NCBI GenBank assembly: GCA_965222375.1
Contig: CBDCTZ010000013.1
Span: forward strand, 224,001 to 288,000
DNA length: 64,000 bases
Direction of reading: 5' to 3'
Source of the DNA: Polyangiaceae bacterium
Lineage (GTDB): Bacteria; Myxococcota_A; Polyangia; Polyangiales; Polyangiaceae
The notes beneath the pieces were generated by a model that was not told the origin of the DNA, ran no database searches, and saw only the letters and a list, made by a program, of their open reading frames with translations. The position numbers and the translations under genes are program-made. Shown here in pieces: positions 10,251 to 20,568 of this stretch. The first letter of the stretch is position 1; every line of letters starts with the position of its first letter.

Positions 10251-11110
10251 GAAGCTACCAACCGACCCGCGCTGCCGTCGCCCGTGGGCTGCTGCTCAGT
10301 GTTGCCCTGCACGCGCCGGCCGCGGTCTGGGCGGGTATTCGTCTCTTCGAGCAGGCCGACAAGGCCAGCGTGACGGTGTACGAGATCAACCTGCTACCAG
10401 AGCCGCTGCGGCCCACGGATCCCGAGGCGCGCCCCATCATCACGCCGCCGGTCGTAGCGCGAGCCGAAGAAGTTCCGTTGCCGGAGGAGCCCGCGCCGAC
10501 ATCTGAGCCCGCTCCAGGCCCCGCAGCCACAGCGCCACCGCAGCCGGGAGCGCGCCGTCCCCTCGGAACACCTGCCGCAGCCAAGGCAGGGCGGGTGCTC
10601 ACGGCACCCGAGGCGACAGGCGGCGACAGCGACCCGTTGGACTTCACCGTCGTCCAGGGAACGGCGTCGCGTTACGCCGGCGGCGTCACAGCAGCGACGG
10701 GCACGTCGGACCAAGCCGTGCAGGATCCGAAGGCGCGCGGGGGCGCGGATCCCTTGCGCCGTCCCGACGGCCAGACAGCGGGCGTTGGCGACAAGGCGCC
10801 CACCCGAGCCGTTGCCCCAAAACCCGTCTCCAAGCGGCGCAAGGCCCGACCCGTGAGCGTTTCTTGGGATTGCCCATTCCCTTCCGAAGCGGATGCCCAA
10901 GATGTTCACTTCGCCCGCGTCATGATCGTCGTCAGCGTTCGCAAAAACGGCACCGCCGCCACAGCTGCGGTCCTGTCGGATCCCGGCTACGGCTTCGGTG
11001 CTGCTGCTCGGCGCTGCGCCCTCGGCCAGCGCTACTCAGTGGCGTGGGACGACACGGGACGTCCCACGGCGGGCCGAACTCCACCCTTTACCGTCACCTT
11101 CACCCGCTGA
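10247..11110 (+). CDS. TonB-like energy transducer
   Basis: N-terminal TM with SVALH, Pro-rich spacer, C-terminal W.CPFP...V.V...G...DPGYGFG.AA domain; ATGA overlap with acr3. Confidence 0.75.
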   Translation: MRSYQPTRAAVARGLLLSVALHAPAAVWAGIRLFEQADKASVTVYEINLLPEPLRPTDPEARPIITPPVVARAEEVPLPEEPAPTSEPAPGPAATAPPQPGARRPLGTPAAAKAGRVLTAPEATGGDSDPLDFTVVQGTASRYAGGVTAATGTSDQAVQDPKARGGADPLRRPDGQTAGVGDKAPTRAVAPKPVSKRRKARPVSVSWDCPFPSEADAQDVHFARVMIVVSVRKNGTAATAAVLSDPGYGFGAAARRCALGQRYSVAWDDTGRPTAGRTPPFTVTFTR

Positions 11111-11121
11111 GGCCAAGACCG

Positions 11122-11760
11122 ATGTTCGAGCGAGGATTGGCTGAGTTCGCGTTCTACGGCAATCGCGTCGTGCTCGCGATTCTGGTGGTGGTGAGCATCG
11201 TCAATGTCGGGCTCTTCATCGAGCGTCGGGGCTTCTTCCGGCGCAGCTTGCTTCGCAATCCCCGGGCGCTGGCTCAGAAGATCATGGCGGTCAACTCGCT
11301 CGCCGAACTGCGGCAAGTCTTGGAAACAGCACCCAGTATCGAAACCAAGCTCGTGCTCGACGGACTGGACGGAGCTGGGACGGCTGAAGAATTCGAGAAG
11401 CGAGTCGAGGGCCACGCAGCCCTTGCGCGAGTGGAGTGGGAGCGCTTCACGGGCGTGTTTGCGTGGACGAGTAGCAACGGGCCCCTGGCAGGCCTGCTCG
11501 GAACGGTGCTCGGCCTGATGAAAGCATTCTCGGATCTGGCGGTGGCCGCAATACCGGAGCCGCGCGTCGCTTTGGCGGGCATCTCAGACGCCCTTTTGAC
11601 GACGGTCCTCGGTATCATCGTGGCCATCCCTGCGACGGCGTTCTTCAACTACTGCCGATTGCGCAGCCGCGGCGCCGCCGCTGGCGTGACGTCCCTCACG
11701 GCGCTGATCCTGTCTCGCAGCGTGCTTCCTGTAGAGGACGACAGCCCCAGCCAAGCCTAG
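11122..11760 (+). CDS. MotA/TolQ/ExbB proton channel protein
   Basis: GPLAGLLGTVLGLMKAF and GISDALLTTVLGIIVAIPA. Confidence 0.85.
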   Translation: MFERGLAEFAFYGNRVVLAILVVVSIVNVGLFIERRGFFRRSLLRNPRALAQKIMAVNSLAELRQVLETAPSIETKLVLDGLDGAGTAEEFEKRVEGHAALARVEWERFTGVFAWTSSNGPLAGLLGTVLGLMKAFSDLAVAAIPEPRVALAGISDALLTTVLGIIVAIPATAFFNYCRLRSRGAAAGVTSLTALILSRSVLPVEDDSPSQA

Positions 11761-11889
11761 AGCTCCGATTGTCGGGCATTGTTGCGGACTCGGGTCGCTG
11801 CGCCACTGCGGCCCAGCCCTGCAATCTCGCAGGCTAGACATGCTGCACCGTGGGCTATGCTGCGAAGCCAGCAAGGGAGAAGCGACAGC

Positions 11890-12687
11890 ATGCTCAAGCT
11901 CTACGACAATGCGTTCAGTCCGTTCGCCCGCAAGGTGCAGCTGGTGCTGCGTCACAAAGGGCTCGACTTCGACACCTTCGATGGCCTGTCTCGGGCGAAC
12001 CGAGGCGCTCTCGCTTCCGTCAACGGCCGCATCGAGGTTCCAACTTTGGATCACGACGGGCTCCTGATCTCCAATTCTGCCGAGATCGTCGCCTATCTCG
12101 AGCGGGCATTTCCAGAGCGGCCCGTGTATCCCAGCGACCACGCAACCTGGGTGAAGGCACGGATGTGGGAGCGCTGCAGCGACACGGTCGTCGACTCGAT
12201 CCTGGTCGACATCAGCTACTGGACCTGGGCGGATCGCGAGGATGAGATGCCGACGGGGCTGCTCGAGGCTGCGCGCCAGGACATGGACCAGGTCTACGAC
12301 GCCCTCGAAGGCGCGCTGGAGGGTGGCGACTGGATCTGTGGGTCTCTCTCCGTCGCCGACATGGCGCTGTTCCCGCACCTCAGCGCAACGCGAGTTCTGG
12401 ACGTCCCCATCGACGGCACGCGCCACTCGCGGCTATTGGCCTGGTACAAACGATGCCGCAGCACCGCGCTGTTCGCCGAAGACCTGGGGCGCCTCAAGAC
12501 GTATTTATCGGATCCAGCCGGCATCGACGTGGAGCGCAAACGCATATTCTGGCGGGGAGACCGCATCGAATGGATGCTGGCCCGAGGCTTTCACCCCTGG
12601 TTTCTCAATGAGATCGAGGCGGGCCGCGTAATCTGGCCTGGCCTGGGCATTCCGAAGCCGAGTCCCAAATTCCCCGAGGGTGCTTGA
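11890..12687 (+). CDS. Glutathione S-transferase family protein
   Basis: SPFARKV, EVPTL, NSAEIVAYLE and LSVADMALF; RBS GGGAGA. Confidence 0.88.
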   Translation: MLKLYDNAFSPFARKVQLVLRHKGLDFDTFDGLSRANRGALASVNGRIEVPTLDHDGLLISNSAEIVAYLERAFPERPVYPSDHATWVKARMWERCSDTVVDSILVDISYWTWADREDEMPTGLLEAARQDMDQVYDALEGALEGGDWICGSLSVADMALFPHLSATRVLDVPIDGTRHSRLLAWYKRCRSTALFAEDLGRLKTYLSDPAGIDVERKRIFWRGDRIEWMLARGFHPWFLNEIEAGRVIWPGLGIPKPSPKFPEGA

Positions 12688-12718
12688 CTCCTGACGCCAC
12701 GCTGCGAAAACCCAAGCG

Positions 12719-15700
12719 ATGGCGAAGCAGTCACCTCGGGACAAAACCGAGCGCGGGATTTGTGGGATCTGTCCAGCGGGCTGCTGGGTCAAAGTCGGAT
12801 TGGAAGACGGCAAGCTCACCAGCATCGAGGCCGACGACACGCCGCCCCTCGGAATGATCTGCCGCCGCGGGCAGCACGCCGCCGAGATCATCTACTCGGA
12901 AAACCGCCTGCGCTACCCGATGAAGCGCAAGGGTCCCAAAGGCAGCCACGACTTCGAACGCATTAGCTGGGACGAAGCCTACGAGCTTATCGTCGAAAAC
13001 CTCCAGAGCATCAAGAAAGAGTCGGGCCCCGAGGCGCTCGCGGTCTACACCGGCCGCGGCGCGTTCGAGTTGTCTCTCTGCGACATCTTCCAACCCAAGA
13101 ACGTGGCGGTTTCCTCCGCGTCGAGCGTGCTGTTTCCTTTTGGTTCTCCCAACACCATGGGTGTCGGAGCGCTCTGCTACGTGTCCTTTGCGATGATCGC
13201 CCCCCACGTCACCCTGGGGCGGATGTTGGTGAACATGTTCGTCGACATCGAAAATGCCGAACTGCTCGTGGTGTGGGGAGCGAATCCGGCAACCGACTCG
13301 CCGCCCCTCGACATGCATCGCCTGGAGAGTGCGGCCGCTCGGGGAGCCGACGTGGTCGTGATTGACCCTCGTCGCACGGAAACCGTCGAACGCACCGGCG
13401 CCGAGTGGGTTCCAATCCGGCCTGGCACGGACGGCGCGCTGGCCCTGGGCCTGGTCGAGGTGATGTTCGAAGAGGACCTATTCGACGAGGAGTTCGCCAC
13501 GAAATGGTGCCATGGCCTGCCGGAACTCCGGCGCTACGTGCAGCACTTCCGCCCCGAAGTCGTCGAGTCGATCACCGGCGTACCCGCTGAAACCGTGCGG
13601 GACTTGGCGCGGCGCTTGTGCCGCGCCACCGGCGCCAGCCCCATCATGTACACGGGCCTGGAGTACTCCAACAGCGGCATCCAGGCGATTCGCGCAGTGC
13701 TATCGGCCTTCGCTTTGGCCGGTCAGCTCGACGTGCCCGGCGGCATCGGCCTCGCGATGCTGGACACCCAGTTTCCCATCAACCGATCGGGCCATGTGGA
13801 AAACCCAGATCTGAAGCGCGCCGTAGCCCGAGACAAGTTCCCGATCTACAGCGAGTACCGAGGCGAGTCCCACGCAAGCGGCCTGGTCACTTCTGTTCTC
13901 GAAGGCAAGCCCTACCCCATCCGTGGGCTCATCATCCACGGTGCGTCGCTGCTCACGTCCTGGCCGGAGACTCCCGTGTGGAGGAAGACTCTGAGCGGGC
14001 TCGACTTCGTCGTATCCATCGACCGACAGCTCACCGCCGACGCGGCCTATGCAGACGTGGTCTTGCCCGCCACCACCATGTTCGAAATCGAGTCCTACAT
14101 GGTCTACGGCCCTATTTTTCGCATCCGCGAGAAGCTGATCGAACCCGTAGGAGAGGCCAGGAACGACTACCTGATCATGGCCGAGTTGGCGCAGCGCCTC
14201 GGCTACGGCGACCGCTACCCGCAGACCGAAGAGGCGCTGCTCCGCCACGTTCTCGAGGGCTCGGGCTACACCCTGGAGCAAGTGCGACAGGCGGGAGGCA
14301 CGATCAAGCTGCCAGCCCCCATGCTCGAATACAAGAAGTGGGAGAAGGGGAAATTGCGAAGCGACGGCGAGCCCGGCTTCGAGACGCCCACAGGAAAGTT
14401 CGAGCTGCTTTCGACGGTGCTCGAAGACAACGACTACGAGCCGCTGCCGAAATACACCGAGCCAACCGAAGGTCCCCTCGCAAGCCCAGACGTCGCGGCG
14501 GACTTTCCCCTGGTCTTCAATTCGGGCGCGCGACCCCACACAGACTTTCGCTCACAGCACCATGGCATCCCCGGCCTCTTGAAAGACAACCCCGAGCCCG
14601 TGGTCGAGCTGAACGCGGCGGACGCAGCAGCGCGGGATATCAAGTCCGGGGACCTCGTCGAGGTCCGCACTCCTCGCGGCGGCGTGCCGTTTCGCGCTGT
14701 CGTGAGCACGGAAATAGTCCAGGGCGCCATCGAATGCAACATGGGCGGAGGCACACCCGTCGGGCCGCGCGCGTGGCAGGAATGGAACGTCAACGAGCTG
14801 ACGGATCTCGACAACTACGAGGATGTATCCGGGTTCCCGGTCTACAAGGCGTTGCTGTGCGAAGTCGTCAAGCTCGAGGGCTCAACCGCCAAGACACGTC
14901 AGCAAGCCGCAAACAAGGACCGCTGCGGACCGGTGCAGATCCGTGGCACGCAGAAAAGGAAGGGGCCTGACAGGCGCATCTACCTCGACAACAACGCAAC
15001 CACCGAGGTTGCCCAGCCGGTGCGGGATGCCATGCAGCCTTACCTGTCGGCCGTGCTCGGCAACCCATCCAGCATCCATGGTGCGGGCCGTGACGCGAAA
15101 GTAGCTGTCGACACCGCCCGGCGGAAGGTGGCCAACCTGATCGGTTCGCGCCCGCGCCGCATCATCTTCACAGGAGGGGGCTCGGAAGCCGACAACATGG
15201 CGCTCAAGGGCATCGCCTTCGCACACCGCAAGCGTGGCAACCACATCATCACGACCAACGTCGAGCACCCTGCTGTGCTCGGAGCTTGCCAGTTCCTCGA
15301 GGACAGTGGCTTCGACGTTACTTACCTGGCCGTCGACGAGCACGGGTTGATCGAGCCCGCTGCCCTCGAACGAGCCATCTGTGACAAGACGATCTTGGTC
15401 TCGATGATGATGGCGAACAACGAGGTTGGAACCATCTTACCGATCAAGGAGCTATGCGCCGTAGCGCGCAAGCGGGACGTGATCTTTCACACCGACGCGG
15501 TGCAAGCCCTGGGCAAGGTCGAAGTCGACGTCAAGGACTTGGGCGTGGACTTGCTGGCCATGTCTGCGCACAAGCTGCATGGCCCCAAGGGCGTGGGTGC
15601 GCTCTATGTTCGGGAGGGCCTAGAGCTCACCCCGTTGGTCCATGGTGGCAAGCAAGAGCGTGGGCTTCGGGCGGGAACCGAAAACGTGCCTGCCATCGTG

Positions 15701-16129
15701 GGCATGGGCCAGGCCGCCGAGCTGGCCGAGGACTCCGTGCGACAGGCAAAGCAACTGAGCGAGCTCCGCGACCACCTCGAGGATGGGATCCGCGCGCTGG
15801 TGCCCAAGGCACTGCTCAACGGCGACCGCGACAAACGGTTATCCAACACACTCAATCTCACTTTGCCCGAGCTTCGAGGCGAATCCCTGGTGACGGCCCT
15901 CGACCGCCATGGGATCTCTCTATCGTCAGGCTCGGCGTGCAAGTCCGGCTCGCCCGAGCCGACCCATGTGCTGCTGGCACTTGGACGCAGCGTCGACGAA
16001 GCACATTGTGCTGTGCGCTTCTCCTTGTCGCATGCAACCACACGTCAGGACATCGACGCGACCGTGACCGCCCTGGGCCGCGTGCTGGAAGAAATGGAGT
16101 CCACGGTTCGGTTCCTGCCCTGCAAGTGA
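12719..16129 (+). CDS. Mo/W-bisPGD oxidoreductase fused to group I cysteine desulfurase (IscS/NifS-like)
   Basis: CGICPAGC...C Fe-S motif, RLRYPMKR, WGANPA, IDPRRT and ADVVLPA; then IYLDNNATT, HTDAVQ, SAHKLHGPKG and SSGSACKSG in one ORF. Confidence 0.92.
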   Translation: MAKQSPRDKTERGICGICPAGCWVKVGLEDGKLTSIEADDTPPLGMICRRGQHAAEIIYSENRLRYPMKRKGPKGSHDFERISWDEAYELIVENLQSIKKESGPEALAVYTGRGAFELSLCDIFQPKNVAVSSASSVLFPFGSPNTMGVGALCYVSFAMIAPHVTLGRMLVNMFVDIENAELLVVWGANPATDSPPLDMHRLESAAARGADVVVIDPRRTETVERTGAEWVPIRPGTDGALALGLVEVMFEEDLFDEEFATKWCHGLPELRRYVQHFRPEVVESITGVPAETVRDLARRLCRATGASPIMYTGLEYSNSGIQAIRAVLSAFALAGQLDVPGGIGLAMLDTQFPINRSGHVENPDLKRAVARDKFPIYSEYRGESHASGLVTSVLEGKPYPIRGLIIHGASLLTSWPETPVWRKTLSGLDFVVSIDRQLTADAAYADVVLPATTMFEIESYMVYGPIFRIREKLIEPVGEARNDYLIMAELAQRLGYGDRYPQTEEALLRHVLEGSGYTLEQVRQAGGTIKLPAPMLEYKKWEKGKLRSDGEPGFETPTGKFELLSTVLEDNDYEPLPKYTEPTEGPLASPDVAADFPLVFNSGARPHTDFRSQHHGIPGLLKDNPEPVVELNAADAAARDIKSGDLVEVRTPRGGVPFRAVVSTEIVQGAIECNMGGGTPVGPRAWQEWNVNELTDLDNYEDVSGFPVYKALLCEVVKLEGSTAKTRQQAANKDRCGPVQIRGTQKRKGPDRRIYLDNNATTEVAQPVRDAMQPYLSAVLGNPSSIHGAGRDAKVAVDTARRKVANLIGSRPRRIIFTGGGSEADNMALKGIAFAHRKRGNHIITTNVEHPAVLGACQFLEDSGFDVTYLAVDEHGLIEPAALERAICDKTILVSMMMANNEVGTILPIKELCAVARKRDVIFHTDAVQALGKVEVDVKDLGVDLLAMSAHKLHGPKGVGALYVREGLELTPLVHGGKQERGLRAGTENVPAIVGMGQAAELAEDSVRQAKQLSELRDHLEDGIRALVPKALLNGDRDKRLSNTLNLTLPELRGESLVTALDRHGISLSSGSACKSGSPEPTHVLLALGRSVDEAHCAVRFSLSHATTRQDIDATVTALGRVLEEMESTVRFLPCK

Positions 16130-16210
16130 CGGGCGGCCCGATCAACACGGCGAGATCGCCCCGCGCACGGCCCGGTGCTCGCTGGTCGGCTGCGTACTGC
16201 GGCGCTGAGC

Positions 16211-16471
16211 CTAGGACGACTTTGCGGCAGCGGCCTCCCGTGCCTTCTGGGCGCGGTTCGTGATGATGAAGTAGCCCAAGATCCCGCCGCCGCCGCCGAT
16301 GCTGGCCGTGGGCAAGCCGATGCCGAGCACTTCGCGAACAAAAACCACGGGAATCGCGACCACGATCTGCGCAATAAAAAACACCACGAACACCTGCCAC
16401 ACAGGCAGGGGGTGCCAAAACTTCCACGCAGGTACGCCTTCGCTCTGCGGCTTCGTAGTCCCCTCACTCAT
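16211..16471 (-). CDS. Small two-TM membrane protein
   Basis: Two hydrophobic segments; TAGCCT hexamer 6 nt before the ATG. Confidence 0.65.
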   Translation of the reverse strand: MSEGTTKPQSEGVPAWKFWHPLPVWQVFVVFFIAQIVVAIPVVFVREVLGIGLPTASIGGGGGILGYFIITNRAQKAREAAAAKSS

Positions 16472-16627
16472 TGCGCCAGGCTACCACAAGGCGGACAGCT
16501 CGCGTACGCAGCCGCTCGGGCCACGCGCGGGAGCTCCAGCTGATGCGCCCACGCGGTGCAACGCAGCTCTGTTGCCCCCCATCCCTACCCAGCAAACGAG
16601 GTCATTTGGGGCGGCTGCGTCAGCGCA

Positions 16628-16996
16628 TCAAGCCTTGACGAGGTTCGGCTTGTAGAAGAATTGCTCCTTGGCGATCTGGCCGCCGCTCCAGGTGCGGGCC
16701 GCTACTTGGGTGTTCCTCATGCGGGTCCCGTCTTTGAAACTGCAGTCGAAGACCCACTCCGAGTAGCTGCGCTCACCGTCCACACTGGCGTTCAGTAACT
16801 CCGCTCCGTGGAACTCGGCGATGTTACCCATGAAGTCTTCCTCGTACTTGCGGCAGGCGTCCTTGCCGACCCGCGGGTCGTCCGTGTTCTCCTGCATGAT
16901 GCAGTCGTCGGCATAGAACTTCTCGAAAGCCTCCATGCCCTGGCCCTTGAGGATCATCGCGTTGAGTTCGGAATCTAGTGCTCGGATATCGGCCAT
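16628..16996 (-). CDS. SnoaL/NTF2-like protein
   Basis: AFEKFYADDCIMQEN...RVGK and terminal W..GQIAKEQFFY; RBS AGGAG before ATG 16996. Confidence 0.8.
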   Translation of the reverse strand: MADIRALDSELNAMILKGQGMEAFEKFYADDCIMQENTDDPRVGKDACRKYEEDFMGNIAEFHGAELLNASVDGERSYSEWVFDCSFKDGTRMRNTQVAARTWSGGQIAKEQFFYKPNLVKA

Positions 16997-17087
16997 GTTT
17001 GGCTCCTTTTCTCTGAGCAGAGCCTGAGCACCCGGGACGACGGGATCAATGGGCTGCTTTGGTTTAGACTGTTGCACCGACGGAACA

Positions 17088-17855
17088 GTGCCAGGACGTA
17101 GGACAACCCCAGGCCGGGCACGGAGTTTTCGCGCTCGTGCGGTGATAGCGCTGCTAGCCGTCGCGCAGCTCTGGACAGCACGCGCGGCTGCAGCAGACCC
17201 TGACGATGAGGAGTTGAGTGCCGAAGACATCGCTGCGGATCAGGCGCTGTCCTACGACGTTTGGTACATCCGCGCTGACGTCGGCTTGGCCTATGTGCGT
17301 GCTGAGACGAGCTACCATCCGCAGTCCGACGACAGCAACAAGAAGAGCTTGATCGCAGACGGCATGGGTCTGAGCCTACGCTTAGGAGTGGGCGTGCGGC
17401 CGGCTACGGACGTCACGCTCGGAATTCTCGGCGCCATCACCCACGTGCCCATCACGCGATTGGACGGTCAATTCAGCGGCGAGGGCGAGGGGCTCTACTA
17501 CGCTATGGCCTACGTCGACCACCGGCTGCCCGCGAAGATCCTCCGCATTGGCGGAGGCGCAGGGATCGGCCAGATCTACACCTTTGGGCCTGACGAAGAG
17601 AACTTCAGCGGGATCGGGCCCGTGGGCGGGCTGTGGCTAGCCATCGATGCGCCGAGCTCGCGACGGGTCGCTTTGGGCATCGCTCTGGAAGTGACGGGCG
17701 CCGCGCTTCGGGACACGCACAGCGTGTTTGGACAAGACCACGACTTCAACACCTTCATGTTGGTCGCGGGCCTTCACTTCACGATGCGCATCAGCGAGCC
17801 ATCCCTGCCCAAGTCGATGCCCAGCTTTGCCGGAGCCCACAACACCGCCCTCTAG
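17088..17855 (+). CDS. Putative outer-membrane beta-barrel protein (start uncertain)
   Basis: Signal peptide ending AAAA-D; alternating amphipathic beta-strands. Confidence 0.6.
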   Translation: MPGRRTTPGRARSFRARAVIALLAVAQLWTARAAAADPDDEELSAEDIAADQALSYDVWYIRADVGLAYVRAETSYHPQSDDSNKKSLIADGMGLSLRLGVGVRPATDVTLGILGAITHVPITRLDGQFSGEGEGLYYAMAYVDHRLPAKILRIGGGAGIGQIYTFGPDEENFSGIGPVGGLWLAIDAPSSRRVALGIALEVTGAALRDTHSVFGQDHDFNTFMLVAGLHFTMRISEPSLPKSMPSFAGAHNTAL

Positions 17856-17887
17856 TTCCCATGAACTAGTCCAACACAATCGATCGC

Positions 17888-17955
17888 GTTTCGGGGTTGG
17901 GGCCCCGAAACCCGAGGGTGGGGCGTTAGAGCCATTCGATTCGCAGAATCGAATG
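17888..17955. terminator. Two hairpins between convergent genes
   Basis: GTTTCGGGG/CCCCGAAAC (17888-17911) and perfect CATTCGATTC-GCA-GAATCGAATG (17933-17955); no clear U-tract. Confidence 0.45.
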
Positions 17956-17957
17956 CT

Positions 17958-19457
17958 CTAACTCATCCAGTTGTTGTCGGGGGCGACGTCCCACTTGCTG
18001 GTGATCTTGCGGGGGCGGGTCCAGAAACGGAAGCCGTCCATGCCGGTGATGTTGCCATGACCGAACTTGGAGTGGTTCCAGCCACCGAAGCCAAAGGGCT
18101 CCCGGGGCACGGGCACGCCGATGTTCACGCCGACCATGCCGGCATCGACTCGAGCCGTGACGTACTCAGCAACGGCACCGCTGGTCGTGTAGACGCTCGA
18201 TGCGTTGCCATAGGGGTTGGCGTTTTCCAACGCGATGGCGTCGTCCACGTTTTCCACGTGAACGATGCTCAGCACGGGACCAAAAATCTCGTCCGTGGCG
18301 GCCTGCATCTCGGGTTTGACGTCGTCGATTACGGTGGGCGCAACCCACTGTCCGTCGCCATCGCCCTTCTTGCCACGACCATCGACCAAGATCTTCGCGC
18401 CTTGTTTCTCGGCGGCGTCGATGATGCCCGTGATCCGCCTGGCGCTCTTCTCGTTGATGATGGGACCCACATCTTTACCCGGCACGAGAGCCGCGGCCTT
18501 GGTCTTGACGGCGTCGATGATGTGGCTCACATCGCCCACGGCGACGAGCACGGCGGCAGCCATGCAACGCTGACCAGCGCAGCCTGTGAAGCTGGCAACG
18601 ACGTTGTCCGCGGTGATCTTGGGGTCGGCGTCGGGCACCACGATCAGGTGGTTTTTGGCACCGCCGAGGCAGAGCATGCTCTTGCCGGTCTGCGCGCCGC
18701 GACCGTAGAGCATCTTGGCAATGGGCGTCGAGCCGACGAAAGCGATGGCGTTGATCTCCGGATGGTCCGCAATGGCGTTCACCGCATCGGGCCCGCCATT
18801 GACGATGGAAAATACTCCTTTGGGCAAGCCTGCTTCGTCGAGCAACGCTGCGAGCTTGGCGGAACCATAGGGAACCTGCTCGCTGGGCTTGAGAATGAAC
18901 GCGTTCCCCCCGACGATGGCCTGGGGAATCATCCACAAGGGAACCATGATCGGGAAGTTGAAGGGCGTGATGCCCGCGACGACGCCGAGGGCTTCGTGCT
19001 TCTGCGAGCAGGTCACGCCCCGACTGACTTCCAGCTGGTCACCGGCGCCAATGTTCGGGATCGACGCGCCGAACTCGACGCACTCGATGCCCTTGAGCAC
19101 TTCCGCCCGAGCTTCGTCGATGATCTTGCCGTTCTCGTGACTCACGAGCCATGAGAGCTCTTCCAGATCCCGCTCCATCAGCTCCTTGAGCTTGAACATC
19201 ACTTGAGCGCGCACCTTGATCGGTGTGGCGCGCCACACCTGAGACGCCTTCTTGGCGGCCTGGACCGCTGCGTCGACATCCTCGGCGCCGCTCATCACCA
19301 CGTTGCCCATCACCTTGCCGTGGCGGGGATTGGTGATCTCCAGAGTCTTGCCGGTTTTGGGCGCGACCCACTCGCCACCTACCCAGTTCTTGACTGGAGC
19401 GCACTCGTGAAAGTCGTAGCTCGTGGCTTTGAAAGCCGGGAAGATCTTGCTGCTCAT
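17958..19457 (-). CDS. mmsA: CoA-acylating (methyl)malonate-semialdehyde dehydrogenase
   Basis: ITPFNFP, LKPSE, FVGST, GGAKNH, AGQRCMA, EIFGPV and GVNIGVPVP. Confidence 0.93.
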   Translation of the reverse strand: MSSKIFPAFKATSYDFHECAPVKNWVGGEWVAPKTGKTLEITNPRHGKVMGNVVMSGAEDVDAAVQAAKKASQVWRATPIKVRAQVMFKLKELMERDLEELSWLVSHENGKIIDEARAEVLKGIECVEFGASIPNIGAGDQLEVSRGVTCSQKHEALGVVAGITPFNFPIMVPLWMIPQAIVGGNAFILKPSEQVPYGSAKLAALLDEAGLPKGVFSIVNGGPDAVNAIADHPEINAIAFVGSTPIAKMLYGRGAQTGKSMLCLGGAKNHLIVVPDADPKITADNVVASFTGCAGQRCMAAAVLVAVGDVSHIIDAVKTKAAALVPGKDVGPIINEKSARRITGIIDAAEKQGAKILVDGRGKKGDGDGQWVAPTVIDDVKPEMQAATDEIFGPVLSIVHVENVDDAIALENANPYGNASSVYTTSGAVAEYVTARVDAGMVGVNIGVPVPREPFGFGGWNHSKFGHGNITGMDGFRFWTRPRKITSKWDVAPDNNWMS

Positions 19458-19648
19458 TGGTAACTCCTGATATGGCGTTCGCGCTCGACGGCCTCCGACG
19501 CCCCGAACTTGTCGCGGGGATGCCTGCCGGGGGGCCAGTCACGTCCTTGCGCGAGCGGGCCCGCACCGCCGAGCGGGGGAGTTTGCCTGCTCGCAGCGGA
19601 ACGTCAAGGCCAGGCCCCTAGACGCCGCCTGGCCCATGAAAACCCAGG

Positions 19649-20266
19649 CTAAAGCCGCATGCCGGCGAAGGCGAAGAGACCAAAATGGTCGAAGTCGCTG
19701 CCGTCATCGTCGAGAGGCACGACGAAGCGCGCGTCGCCGCCGACGAAGAGGGATTGGCTGACTGAAGCCAATACCGACAGCCCGGGGGCGATGTACGCGC
19801 GACTCTCCGTGTCGCAGGTGTCGTTGACGCAACCTCGAGCCGTGCCCAGCCCGAAGCCGCCGTAGGGCCGGAGAATCACCGGGCCAGCGGCAAAATCGTA
19901 GCCGGCTTCCCCGCCGAAGTAATAGATGTTCACTGAAACATCCTGGCTGCGCCCCAGGAAGCTCGAAGAGCGGCTCTCACCCAAGTGGTACATGCCCGTC
20001 CCGCCGATGTAGAGCTGCTCGAGGTTCATCCCCAATCGGCCGCCGAAGCCGACGTTGACGCCGTCTTCGAAGCCATTGCCCGCGAGCACTGCCGCTGACC
20101 AACCGTCGAACTGTCGAGCGGTCGCACTCGACGCCTCCGGTGTGGTCGCCGCATCTGCGCTTGCGGGAGCCGGGGTTTCAGTCGCCTCTTGCGCAACCGC
20201 CGCGGAGGTCCCGAGAGATGCGGCGACGGCGAGGGAAAGGCCTGCAATAATGTGTAAGTGCTTCAT
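19649..20266 (-). CDS. Small outer-membrane beta-barrel protein
   Basis: Signal peptide AVA-Q, about 8 amphipathic strands, terminal FAFAGMRL. Confidence 0.75.
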   Translation of the reverse strand: MKHLHIIAGLSLAVAASLGTSAAVAQEATETPAPASADAATTPEASSATARQFDGWSAAVLAGNGFEDGVNVGFGGRLGMNLEQLYIGGTGMYHLGESRSSSFLGRSQDVSVNIYYFGGEAGYDFAAGPVILRPYGGFGLGTARGCVNDTCDTESRAYIAPGLSVLASVSQSLFVGGDARFVVPLDDDGSDFDHFGLFAFAGMRL

Positions 20267-20320
20267 TTGTGTGAGCTCCGGAAAAAGCGCAGAGCCAACT
20301 CCCCGCGCTGCCCCTCACAC

Positions 20321-20336
20321 AGCAACCGGCGTTCCA
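20321..20336 (-). promoter_or_regulatory. sigma54-type promoter
   Basis: TGGAAC-GCCGG-TTGCT on the minus strand, about 55 nt upstream of the OMP gene. Confidence 0.55.
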
Positions 20337-20568
20337 ACCACAAAGCCCCGGGAATCCGGGCCCAGCCAGCGACAATGGCGGGCTGCCCCCTGCCACCCCG
20401 GCGGGCGCCTGCCGACACCTTCTTATCCCAACTTGTGAACCCAGCGGGCCGCTCTGTGCCGTTTCAGAGTTAACAGGAAGGGCGGGAAGGAAGAGGGTTT
20501 GGGTCTGTTCGGATCTGTCGCTCCTTAGTACGACGCGTTGATCTGAATTGTAGGCCAAGCGGGCTTGT

